Shown piece by piece: positions 17,401 through 25,236 of a stretch of DNA of 31,224 nucleotides. The notes below the pieces were generated by a model. It was not told the DNA's origin. It searched no databases and was given only the letters and a program-made list of their open reading frames with translations. The stretch lies in the IMG/VR virus record IMGVR_UViG_2974516482_000001, positions 1-31,224 of that record; one strand, written 5' to 3'. Position 1 is the first letter of the stretch; the number at the start of each line of letters is the position of its first letter. The translations under genes and the position numbers were made by a program. The DNA comes from a virus (Duplodnaviria > Heunggongvirae > Uroviricota > Caudoviricetes > Ackermannviridae).

Positions 17401-19300
17401 TTACCGCACGACTGTTTCTGCCCGTGATGTCACCACATATACATACACGGACAAAACAACCACGACCATGACTGGTGAACAGATTGTGGAGACGCAAGTT
17501 ATCCCATACATGCGCGAGATCGATATTTCTTTCGACGCATCTGGGCTGCGACCTTTCACTCGTATGTATGCGTTTTTCTCTGGTCGTGACGTTAATCTGT
17601 ATTGCAAACCGAATGGTGGTAATTTCGGAGACCCAATCACCACTGATGCCAATGGTGCTGTTAAAGGTGTATTCCGCGTTCCACAGAACGATACAATCAA
17701 GTTCAACACAGGCGACAACGTGTTCCGCTTAACGGATAGCCCTGTTGACAGTAAATCTGCGGATGATACACTGACCAATGCAGAAATTGTTCATAAATCT
17801 TTCGGTAAGAAACAAGGTATTCAAAAGACCTTTGTCAACACTCGTGTCCTGGGTTACACTGCTAGTACTCGCACCGAAACCAGCACTTCTGAAGTTGTGG
17901 TCGACCAATGGCGTGATCCGATTGCTCAATCGTTTATGGTGGCGACTAAGAATGGCGGCGAGTATATCGAAGGCGTGGAAGTATTCTTCTCTACCAAGTC
18001 ACGTGATGTTCCGATCACTCTGGAAATTCGCGAGATGGAGAATGGCTTACCTTCTCACACAGTCATTACTCGTAAGACTTTGAACCCATCTGAAGTGACG
18101 ATCTCTACAGACTCTTCCGGCGGTACGAAGTTCACCTTTGATTACCCGGTGTATCTGCAAGCATCTACTGAGTTTGCTATCGTTTTGTTGGCGAATACTC
18201 AGGATTACAACGCGTATATCGCGGAAATGGGCAAGAAAAACCTTCTGTCCAACGAATATATCGCCAAACAACCGTATACAGGGGTGTTCTTCACTTCTTC
18301 AAACGGTTCAACTTGGTCTCCGAACCAAATGGCCGATATGAAATTCCGCATATATCGTTGCAACTTTGCGGCTGGTCAGAACGTTGTAACATTTGATCCG
18401 AAGCTCGGGCCAAAACAACGTCCGTTGGGATTGAACACTCTGAACTGCGTAAGCGGGTCTTCTGTTGTGACTGTGTTTGCACCTGGTCATGGTTTGGTTG
18501 CTGGGAACAATGTTACTCTTTCTGAATTGACAGGCGGTTGTGGCTTTACTCCTGAACAACTTAACAAAACGTTTACTGTGACAGATGCGAGCTATACTTC
18601 ATTCAAGATTGACGTCGGTACGGCAGCAGACAGCAATGGACAAATCGGTGGGGATAATGCTTCTTTCTTGGGCAATTATCTGGTTGATATGTTCTATGCC
18701 AGCGTTACCAATTCGGCTCTGGAAGGTTCAATTCTGAAATTGGAATACCGTTATCGCGATGCCACTTCAAATTCTATGTCTGATTGGGCTGAGTTTGAAA
18801 CTGACACTGACGTGGCGTTACCGACTGAAGGTATCTATCGTCAGGTTGGTGACTTCCAGATTCGTGCTACTATGACTCGTAGTGAAAACAACGTGTACAC
18901 TGCTCCAATGATTGATGGCGATGACCTGAGCGTAATCTTCAACTCATACGGTGTGGATCCATTTGAAGATGTCTTCAAATACGTGACAAAGGACATCGGA
19001 TTTGATAATCCGTGTTCTACTGTGAAGTTGTTCTTTGGTGCAATGCTCCCATCTCAGTCTTCGATGAAGGTGCAGGTGAAACTTCTACGAGCAGGGCAAG
19101 AGATGGATAGTGTGGCTTGGGAAGACGTCGCCCCAACTTCGCCTTTGGTTAACGACGGTTCCACATTCTTTGAATATGAGTATGACAAGACTGTGGCAAG
19201 CAACAATCCGTTCGTTGGACTAAAAGTCAGAGCACTTGTAAGGGGGAACCGAGTTGCTCCTCCTTCATTCAAAGACTTCCGTCTTATTGCTCTGGCATAA
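14462..19300 (+). CDS. vriC: VriC/VrlC-like large virion structural protein (DUF4815 family, 1612 aa)
   Basis: N-terminal PY.DD....K.F.RILFRP...VQTRELNQMQ motif of DUF4815/VrlC; conserved position flanking the TSP cluster. Confidence 0.85.
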   Translation: MQSTNLNRRPYWDDWNPGKRFSRILFRPMPIKVQTRELNQMQTILQDQIEKLGNHLFKDGSMVIPGGLTITNAAVSLKFTLAGGTEFTDLEGISELYVLGKDNNAKARVLSLERDLSAPDTMLAILEMTEAGNADGFHVNDNLYFQTYDVNDNFIRIGYGIAAAVTGSIVARMTKGVYFIRGMFLDVDDATLIVDKTSNITSHRIGFKVTETIVTETEDESLYSNAQGTINSKAPGAHRLRIDLVLSRFDYDAVVEDFVELAKVRDGKIQSMVTQSTYNILEDTLAQRTYETNGDYNVSTHQIDIREHLKVNNNGGVFNAADGGDESKFVSVMKPGISYVRGRRIENVGEELVIVDKARDTDALNNTPVAVATGNYLVTKNSKGVPVISRTVRYKLLNASGVTQATALCISAERNSTEFRLYMRDLVVTGDASTITKVSYEESGITMFSAELESNQFNQSSMIDLIFSLPVFGVKTLAPTGSVDINYTVLRTYKVTLDNSGAGSISAPLGYSFSPEFSLYSAAKSDGSEAQFDISGSLSLTGSPVGSALQISLGSGNANQSINLLALMIRTTATIKTKTITETTETVTFTSQTSRPLANHDGWKLVSVKNDTGADVTSSFVLDGGQRDAGYYKSNLLSSAGAISGTYTVVYQYFAHSSGDFFSADSYTSMDYKDIPNYTSSTSGAVYGLADSLDFRPKITNGTSDTDMVRPNTAVILDTEYYLPRIDAIYLADNGVFGVARGISSNNLASPAIPANAMRLYELLIPPYTPNIDDIQIRTIDNRRYTMRDIGKLETRISNVEYYTSLSQLESSAMTQQVFDPITGNPRFKNGIAADPFKDFRLIDDLSEDWMGSIDTENGRLRPFVQQNVVDMTPVGWNKVMDGMVVCNYTPEISVNQEYATTTINVNPYAVFNWEGFLKINPTTDYWFENYYVAPRIINETINTRGTVQEGSVYGTWRTVSVSDRVWEPHGAGGVWWGYRYRTTVSARDVTTYTYTDKTTTTMTGEQIVETQVIPYMREIDISFDASGLRPFTRMYAFFSGRDVNLYCKPNGGNFGDPITTDANGAVKGVFRVPQNDTIKFNTGDNVFRLTDSPVDSKSADDTLTNAEIVHKSFGKKQGIQKTFVNTRVLGYTASTRTETSTSEVVVDQWRDPIAQSFMVATKNGGEYIEGVEVFFSTKSRDVPITLEIREMENGLPSHTVITRKTLNPSEVTISTDSSGGTKFTFDYPVYLQASTEFAIVLLANTQDYNAYIAEMGKKNLLSNEYIAKQPYTGVFFTSSNGSTWSPNQMADMKFRIYRCNFAAGQNVVTFDPKLGPKQRPLGLNTLNCVSGSSVVTVFAPGHGLVAGNNVTLSELTGGCGFTPEQLNKTFTVTDASYTSFKIDVGTAADSNGQIGGDNASFLGNYLVDMFYASVTNSALEGSILKLEYRYRDATSNSMSDWAEFETDTDVALPTEGIYRQVGDFQIRATMTRSENNVYTAPMIDGDDLSVIFNSYGVDPFEDVFKYVTKDIGFDNPCSTVKLFFGAMLPSQSSMKVQVKLLRAGQEMDSVAWEDVAPTSPLVNDGSTFFEYEYDKTVASNNPFVGLKVRALVRGNRVAPPSFKDFRLIALA

Positions 19301-19352
19301 ATAATGTTGAAAGGTGGGCGTAAAGCCCACCAAACTAATAGAGGATAAAAAT

Positions 19353-19601
19353 ATGCGTGGAGTGAAAGTACAGGGGCACGCATCCATGTTGAGAAGCAGT
19401 TCTTGCCCTGGCGCGATTATTTGCACCGATCACGCCGCTGGCATGGCTGCATTGCAAGCCCGTCAACGCAATGAAACCCGTGAAGCCACCATTGTTGAAC
19501 AATCAAACCAGATATCTAATCTGGAGGCGACAATCAAAATGATGGCCGAAAAGTTGGGGATCGAAATCCCCGAAGGAGGTCAGAATGGCGACGCAAGCTG
19601 A
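19353..19601 (+). CDS. Hypothetical protein (82 aa, C-terminal coiled coil)
   Basis: SD GAGG before ATG 19353; overlaps the next gene. Confidence 0.75.
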   Translation: MRGVKVQGHASMLRSSSCPGAIICTDHAAGMAALQARQRNETREATIVEQSNQISNLEATIKMMAEKLGIEIPEGGQNGDAS

Positions 19602-19926
19602 AAGAACGGGGCTTGACATCCGTGGTATCTTAACCGCTGTCGTGGCTTCTGCATTGGTCTCGGCAGCATCGTTCCTTTGGTTCATGGGCGGGATGGAAAC
19701 GCGCGTGAATGTATTGGAACGAGATTCCAACAAGATGGATCAAGTTCTTCAGAAAGTGAATGACATGAGTGAACGTATGGCGATCATGAATACTGACCTC
19801 GCATATGTCAAACAAAACATGGCTGAGTTAAAACTCAATAGCAGCAGTCTTTCAGATGATGTTCGCACACTGCGGATTACTGTATCTGATTTGCAGCAAA
19901 AGGGGAATAACAATGGCCGTCAATAA
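19585..19926 (+). CDS. Single-TM + coiled-coil membrane protein (113 aa)
   Basis: SD GGAGG; hydrophobic segment GILTAVVASALVSAASFLWFMGG followed by heptad repeats. Confidence 0.8.
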   Translation: MATQAERTGLDIRGILTAVVASALVSAASFLWFMGGMETRVNVLERDSNKMDQVLQKVNDMSERMAIMNTDLAYVKQNMAELKLNSSSLSDDVRTLRITVSDLQQKGNNNGRQ

Positions 19927-20665
19927 GATTCGAGACAAAAAATCTTTTATGAATTATGTCTTGCGTAAATTGGGCGCTCCCGTGATCCAAATTAACCTTG
20001 ACAGTTCACAAGTCGAAGATGCAGTCGATGATGCTCTGCAGAAATTTTGGGAATATCATCGTGATGGTAGCCAAGATGCGTTCTTCCTGTACCAAGTTAA
20101 ACAAGAAGATATCGACAAGGGATATATAGAATTCCCCGATGATATTGACGATGTGATTGAAGTTATCCCTGGACCTCCTATTGAGTCAATCGGAAACTGG
20201 GCAACTCCTCAATGGCAAATGGCTCAAGCAATGCTTGTCCCCAAAGCAGCGCTGGTTTCTATTCGTCTCATTGATTATGTTTCCATGCAACAACGCCTGT
20301 CGGATATCACAAGCGTCTTAAATGTTCGCCGTAATTTTGTGTACAAGAAGTTCCAGCGACGCCTTTACCCGCAGTTTGCTGCCATTGTTGATGAAACTCT
20401 GGCTTTTCGTTGTTATCAAAATATCGACCCCGAATCGGAAGAAAACGCTGAAGCATGGAATGATATGTGGTTGAAAGCGTATGCGACTGCATTGGTCAAG
20501 CGCCGTTGGGCAGAGGTGCTTAAGAAGGCAAGAGGCATCCGTCTCCCTGGTGGTATCGAACTGGATGGTGATAGTATGTTCAGTGAGGCTGAGACCGAGA
20601 TAGAGCGGTTGGAGGAAGAATTGCGTACTGGTCAGCAATACCCTATCGATTTTATGATGGGATAA
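19913..20665 (+). CDS. gp13: Neck protein, T4 gp13-like (250 aa)
   Basis: YVLRKLGAPVIQINL...QVEDAVDDAL and LPGGIELDG motifs. Confidence 0.92.
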   Translation: MAVNKIRDKKSFMNYVLRKLGAPVIQINLDSSQVEDAVDDALQKFWEYHRDGSQDAFFLYQVKQEDIDKGYIEFPDDIDDVIEVIPGPPIESIGNWATPQWQMAQAMLVPKAALVSIRLIDYVSMQQRLSDITSVLNVRRNFVYKKFQRRLYPQFAAIVDETLAFRCYQNIDPESEENAEAWNDMWLKAYATALVKRRWAEVLKKARGIRLPGGIELDGDSMFSEAETEIERLEEELRTGQQYPIDFMMG

Positions 20666-20695
20666 GAGAAGGCGGGTTATCCCGCCTTTCTTTTT
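20666..20695. terminator. Bidirectional terminator between gp13 and the convergent small gene
   Basis: GAAGGCGGG-TTAT-CCCGCCTTTC followed by a T tract. Confidence 0.75.
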
Positions 20696-20906
20696 ATAAC
20701 TTGATGTCGCGTCCGGAAGGATCTGAATTTGCTAGAATATAACCATCAACCACGTTCTTTTCGTCCCACCATTCAATAAAATCATTACCCTTTTCGTCTT
20801 TGATAAGACCCACAATGTTATATGAACCATCGGCGATTTTAGCATCTACACAGATAATTCTCACACGCCTTCCGTCACGAGTTTCTTTAATATCTTCAAC
20901 ATTCAT
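20694..20906 (-). CDS. Hypothetical protein, 70 aa, antisense within the neck operon
   Basis: SD AGGA before ATG; fills the gp13-gp14 gap; TRDGRRVRIIC motif. Confidence 0.75.
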   Translation of the reverse strand: MNVEDIKETRDGRRVRIICVDAKIADGSYNIVGLIKDEKGNDFIEWWDEKNVVDGYILANSDPSGRDIKL

Positions 20907-20937
20907 TTATCAATTCCTCAAAAGAATTAATGATTGA

Positions 20938-20944
20938 CTAAATA
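20938..20944 (+). promoter_or_regulatory. Late promoter CTAAATA (gp14) with hairpin 20943-20962 over the SD
   Basis: TACCTTCAA/TTGAGGGTA inverted repeat. Confidence 0.7.
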
Positions 20945-20967
20945 CCTTCAAAATTGAGGGTAAAGTC

Positions 20968-21609
20968 ATGGCTACTTCAAAATATTTCAACTATACAGCA
21001 CACCAAGGTACTCAAAAATTAATTGATGACTTGGTGGTCGAGATGATACAATTGCGTGGGATTGATGTCAAGTATATTCCACGTTCTATTGTTGAAAAAT
21101 ACCCAATTTTAAACGAGGCCGAACACAAATTCGACCAAGCGTTTGACATCGAAGTGTACATGCAGGATTATCAAGGCTTCAACACACAGATGTGGGAAAA
21201 GTTCGGCGGTATCCAATTACAAGATGAAGTGACCTTCACTATTGCTCGTCGTCGTTTTTCAGAAGTTATTGGTAATGGTCCAGGCCTTGAACAAATGCCT
21301 CAAGAAGGTGATTTGATATATCTGCCTATGGCTAACAAAATATTTAAAGTGAATAACCCGAACAATGATGAAGAATTCATGCAATTTGGGAAATGGTACA
21401 CATATTCCCTACCATGTACGTTGTTCCAGTACGGTAACGAAGATTTCGATACAGGTGTATCCGAAATAGACGATATCGATAAACGGTTGCAGGATCTGGA
21501 AGGAGACGGTGTGTACAAAGACGCCAGCCTGCAAACGGATAACCAATTTGCGGACGAAATAGAGAAAGATCTTTCGCCCAATAAAATGAAGATAGACTTC
21601 GGGGAATAA
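20968..21609 (+). CDS. gp14: Neck protein, T4 gp14-like (213 aa)
   Basis: KFGGIQLQDEVTFTIARRRF and PQEGDLIYLPM motifs. Confidence 0.93.
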   Translation: MATSKYFNYTAHQGTQKLIDDLVVEMIQLRGIDVKYIPRSIVEKYPILNEAEHKFDQAFDIEVYMQDYQGFNTQMWEKFGGIQLQDEVTFTIARRRFSEVIGNGPGLEQMPQEGDLIYLPMANKIFKVNNPNNDEEFMQFGKWYTYSLPCTLFQYGNEDFDTGVSEIDDIDKRLQDLEGDGVYKDASLQTDNQFADEIEKDLSPNKMKIDFGE

Positions 21610-21611
21610 TC

Positions 21612-22310
21612 ATGGCCAGACCATTTGAAAAATATTTCTATCATGAATCATTGTTGAAATACATACATGTGTTCAACGCTATCATGTCAGATTTAAAAGT
21701 CAAAACCGAACGTGGCTTGATGGAAATCCCGCTGCATATGGCCATTGGCCGCCGTAATGACCTCAACAGGAACGTGCCAGCCAATATGCTACCATTTGCA
21801 ACAATGTCCTTTGGTCAGTTCGAAATCAATAAACAGGTGACGAAGTCATACCACAACCAAATATCGACCGCTACGGCACGGTCCAAACAACGCATTCCGA
21901 TCATTATAGATTTTGAATACAATATCAGAACTAAAAAATTGGTCGAAATGTTGCAAGTATTAGAACAAATTTATTCTGTGTTCACTCCTTCTGTTGACTG
22001 TCAGATAAAGGACAACGATACTTTATCTCAAGATCAGAACGTGAAGATAATGTTGGTAAATCACACGATTTCTGACAACTGGGAAGGGGACGCAACAGAA
22101 TCACCACACATAGATTGTTCATTCAATTTTCAATTACATGGTCACATCTATGGAGAAGATTATTGGGTTGATGATGGTTCGGGCGGTGGGGATCCAAACG
22201 TCATCAAAGAGATAATTATTGAAATGTCTAATGATTTGAACATGCCATGGTCGGAACTTCCTGAGTGGTTCCGAGTTGATAAAGACGGCATACATCATCC
22301 GGAGGATTGA
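21612..22310 (+). CDS. gp15: Tail sheath stabiliser/terminator, T4 gp15-like (232 aa)
   Basis: YFYHESL.KYI..F N-terminus, LPFATMS, position after gp14. Confidence 0.88.
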   Translation: MARPFEKYFYHESLLKYIHVFNAIMSDLKVKTERGLMEIPLHMAIGRRNDLNRNVPANMLPFATMSFGQFEINKQVTKSYHNQISTATARSKQRIPIIIDFEYNIRTKKLVEMLQVLEQIYSVFTPSVDCQIKDNDTLSQDQNVKIMLVNHTISDNWEGDATESPHIDCSFNFQLHGHIYGEDYWVDDGSGGGDPNVIKEIIIEMSNDLNMPWSELPEWFRVDKDGIHHPED

Positions 22311-22312
22311 TC

Positions 22313-22993
22313 ATGAGCAATATGTCAGAAAGGTTACTCGCCACGCTTGATGCAGTGACCGCCAGAGACGAAGTCGGGAAGGAGGCGATGGAGGCTGTCG
22401 CCCCTCGTCCAGGTATTGACTTCGATGAAAATACAGGTGAATGGTTTGGTGAACGTCCGGAAGGGTATCAGCCGATTCCTGAACCGCCTTCATTGGAGGA
22501 TATTGCTTCCAAGGAATCCAAAGTGCCTGAGTTTGCGGACACTGATGCTACAACGGATTACAAACGGATACGCGACACAACATATGCCATGCAAGAAGCC
22601 ACAATGTTCATGATGGGACAAGCCGCTAAATTGGCTGCATCCACAGAAGCTCCGCGAGCATTTTCTGTTTTCCGTGAATTGGGTGAACTCATGCGCGGTC
22701 TGAATAAAGACTTGATGGAAAACCAGAAAACCATCAAGGCAGTAACAGGTGATAAAGAACCACCTGTTGATGACACGACAGTGGATGTTACAACTTCACC
22801 AGACGGAACAACAACAGTATCGGTTGGGAAAAAGGCGCGATCTTCTCGCGATTTACTGAAGACGATTGAAGATGCTCGCCGTCGCGCTGAAGAAAGATCA
22901 CAAGCAAAGGCCGCACAACAACCAGAAGATGAAATCATTGATGGTGAAACAGTTGATGTGAAGGAAGAAGACGATGGCGTATCAGAAGCGTGA
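22313..22993 (+). CDS. gp16: Terminase small subunit, T4 gp16-like (226 aa)
   Basis: DY...RD..Y...EA.....A...EAPRAFSVF.EL helical core; SD GGAGG; lies upstream of TerL. Confidence 0.85.
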   Translation: MSNMSERLLATLDAVTARDEVGKEAMEAVAPRPGIDFDENTGEWFGERPEGYQPIPEPPSLEDIASKESKVPEFADTDATTDYKRIRDTTYAMQEATMFMMGQAAKLAASTEAPRAFSVFRELGELMRGLNKDLMENQKTIKAVTGDKEPPVDDTTVDVTTSPDGTTTVSVGKKARSSRDLLKTIEDARRRAEERSQAKAAQQPEDEIIDGETVDVKEEDDGVSEA

Positions 22994-25184
22994 TATAGAA
23001 TATGCCCCAATTAAAACGGGGTTCAAAATAGACGATGTGAAATTGCGTATGGACCAAACGTTTATGCGCAAACCTTCTGTGCGTGCTCCTCGAGTCGAGT
23101 TAATGCTGACAGATGAACAAGAAGACGAATTCGTTGAATGTTCTATGGATGCACACTACTTCGCCGCCAACTATTACAAGATAACCACGATCGATAAAGG
23201 CTTTATCCTTTTCGATATGCATGATTATCAGAAGCAGTTGTTCCATGACTTTCAGGACTATCGATTCAATGCGGTCGTCCAGGCTCGTCAGTCTGGGAAA
23301 TGTGTAAAAGGCGACACGCTTGTCACAGTTTACGATACTCTCAGCCAAGAGGAGTTGCTCCTGACTATAGGGGAGCTTCACAGCCGCTTCGAGGACGTCA
23401 ACCACGCTGTGCCGCTGAATACCATTGGCAACCATGACAAGTTCGTGGACAGCCGCTTCGGCAAACGTTACTTTGTACAATCCGATAGTGGCTGGGTTCC
23501 GGTTATCGCAGCGCATAAGACGAAGAAATATGCGGAATTCGTTATTGTCACCGTTACCGGAAGGCGAATTAACGTGGCCGATGAACATATGTTCTTCACT
23601 CCGGACATGAAGGAGATATTTGCCAAAGACCTGAATGCTGGGTCATACATCATGACGACAGAAGGTCCAGAAGAAATCCGTGAGATTTGGCAGACTGGTG
23701 AATATCACCATATGTACGATCTTCAGGTCAAATCTAGTGATCAACGTTATTACACGAATGGCTTTCTCAGTCATAACACGACCGTGGTGGCGGCGTTTCT
23801 TCTTTGGTACGCGATGTTCCATTCTGATAAGGAAATCGCAGTACTGGCAAACAAAGAGAAACAAGCGATAGAAATTCTTGATCGTATCAGAAAGGCATAC
23901 CAAGACCTTCCATTCTTCCTTCAGCAGGGTTGTGAGAAGTTTGGTTCTACCCTGATAGAGTTTGAGAATGGTTCTAAGATATACGCTTATGCAACGTCTT
24001 CGGACTCTATTCGTGGTCGTTCTGTATCTCTCTTGTACGTGGACGAAGTCGCGTTCATCGAAAATGACTTTGAATTTTGGGAATCAACATTCCCAGCGAT
24101 CGCATCTGCTGATACTTCACGTTGTATCCTGACCAGTACTCCGAAAGGCCAGCGAGGGTTGTTCTATGATATTGTCACCAAAGCAGACCCACGCCATCCA
24201 CAATACAACGACTTCCATCTTACCGAAGTCCCTTGGTACAAGGTTCCGGCGTACACCAAAGACCCTGATTGGGAAACTAAACAACGCGCCCGTCTGGGGG
24301 ATGCTCGTTTCGATCAAGAATTTGGCATCAAGTTCCGTGGTTCGGTGGGTTCATTGATTCCGGCCAAATGCTTAGATAAAATGACGTCCAAGTTGTATCG
24401 GGAACCTAATGAATTTACCAAGATTTATAAGGAATACGACCCACAACGTCTCTATTTTGGGATAGCAGACACTGGGAAGGGGGTGGAAGGAGATTATTCT
24501 GTCTTAACAATTCTGGATATAACTGAATATCCGCATGTAATAGCAGCCAAATACAGGAATAACACGATACCTCCTATGATGTACGCGTACACGATAGCTG
24601 ATATGTGCACCGAATATGGGGAATGCCCTGTCCTTGTTGAAACAAACAACGACGTCGGCGGTCAGGTTATTACAATTCTTTATCAAGAGATAGAATATCC
24701 AGAAATCATATTCACATCAACAGATAACAAAGGGACGGGGAAACGGATTGGTGGACGTAAACCGGAACCTGGTATCAATACCAACAGAAAAGTCCGATCT
24801 ATCGGTTGTGCTAACCTGAAAGCGCTCATTGAGAAAGAAATGTTGGTGATAGAAGACCAGGACACGATAGATGAACTCAGTACATTTGTGTTCAAAGGTG
24901 CTCGGTATGAAGCCGATGACGGTTGTCACGATGACTGTGTCATGCCGTTGGTCTTATATTCATGGGCGGTAAAACAAGAATGGTTCAGTGATTTGACATC
25001 TACAAGTATTTCTCAGGACATGAGAAACCGAATGTCTTCAACTGAATCTCAGCAGGTATTCCCATTTGGTGGTTTAGTCGTTGGAGACACCCCATCCGAA
25101 ACTGAGCATTTGCCTGGTTTCGGGGGTATTCAAGTTTTCAACGAAATGTCAGGGATGACCATGGATGAGTGGTTTAAGAATTGA
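22974..25184 (+). CDS. gp17: Terminase large subunit, T4 gp17-like, with in-frame mini-intein (736-aa precursor)
   Basis: ARQSGK|TT Walker A split by the intein; YVDEVAF Walker B; LTSTPKG; nuclease ADTGKG..DYS and HDDCVM motifs. Confidence 0.96.
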   Translation: MAYQKRDIEYAPIKTGFKIDDVKLRMDQTFMRKPSVRAPRVELMLTDEQEDEFVECSMDAHYFAANYYKITTIDKGFILFDMHDYQKQLFHDFQDYRFNAVVQARQSGKCVKGDTLVTVYDTLSQEELLLTIGELHSRFEDVNHAVPLNTIGNHDKFVDSRFGKRYFVQSDSGWVPVIAAHKTKKYAEFVIVTVTGRRINVADEHMFFTPDMKEIFAKDLNAGSYIMTTEGPEEIREIWQTGEYHHMYDLQVKSSDQRYYTNGFLSHNTTVVAAFLLWYAMFHSDKEIAVLANKEKQAIEILDRIRKAYQDLPFFLQQGCEKFGSTLIEFENGSKIYAYATSSDSIRGRSVSLLYVDEVAFIENDFEFWESTFPAIASADTSRCILTSTPKGQRGLFYDIVTKADPRHPQYNDFHLTEVPWYKVPAYTKDPDWETKQRARLGDARFDQEFGIKFRGSVGSLIPAKCLDKMTSKLYREPNEFTKIYKEYDPQRLYFGIADTGKGVEGDYSVLTILDITEYPHVIAAKYRNNTIPPMMYAYTIADMCTEYGECPVLVETNNDVGGQVITILYQEIEYPEIIFTSTDNKGTGKRIGGRKPEPGINTNRKVRSIGCANLKALIEKEMLVIEDQDTIDELSTFVFKGARYEADDGCHDDCVMPLVLYSWAVKQEWFSDLTSTSISQDMRNRMSSTESQQVFPFGGLVVGDTPSETEHLPGFGGIQVFNEMSGMTMDEWFKN
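23301..23777 (+). mobile_element. Mini-intein (159 aa, no homing endonuclease) in the TerL P-loop
   Basis: Block A CVKGDTLV, block B-like VADEHMF, block F MYDLQV, block G FLSHN followed by Thr+1. Removal restores GKTT. Confidence 0.92.
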
Positions 25185-25187
25185 TCA

Positions 25188-25194
25188 CTAAATA
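25188..25194 (+). promoter_or_regulatory. Late promoter CTAAATA (gp18)
   Basis: Motif match upstream of the gene start. Confidence 0.7.
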
Positions 25195-25236
25195 TCTTTC
25201 AAATTGAGCGAAACTCTACCGAGAAGGAATGATATT

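Noticed and set aside
19313-19331. Hairpin GGTGGGC-GTAAA-GCCCACC after vriC as a terminator
   Set aside because: No U tract on the plus strand; possibly a stabilising or processing stem, not supportable as a terminator.
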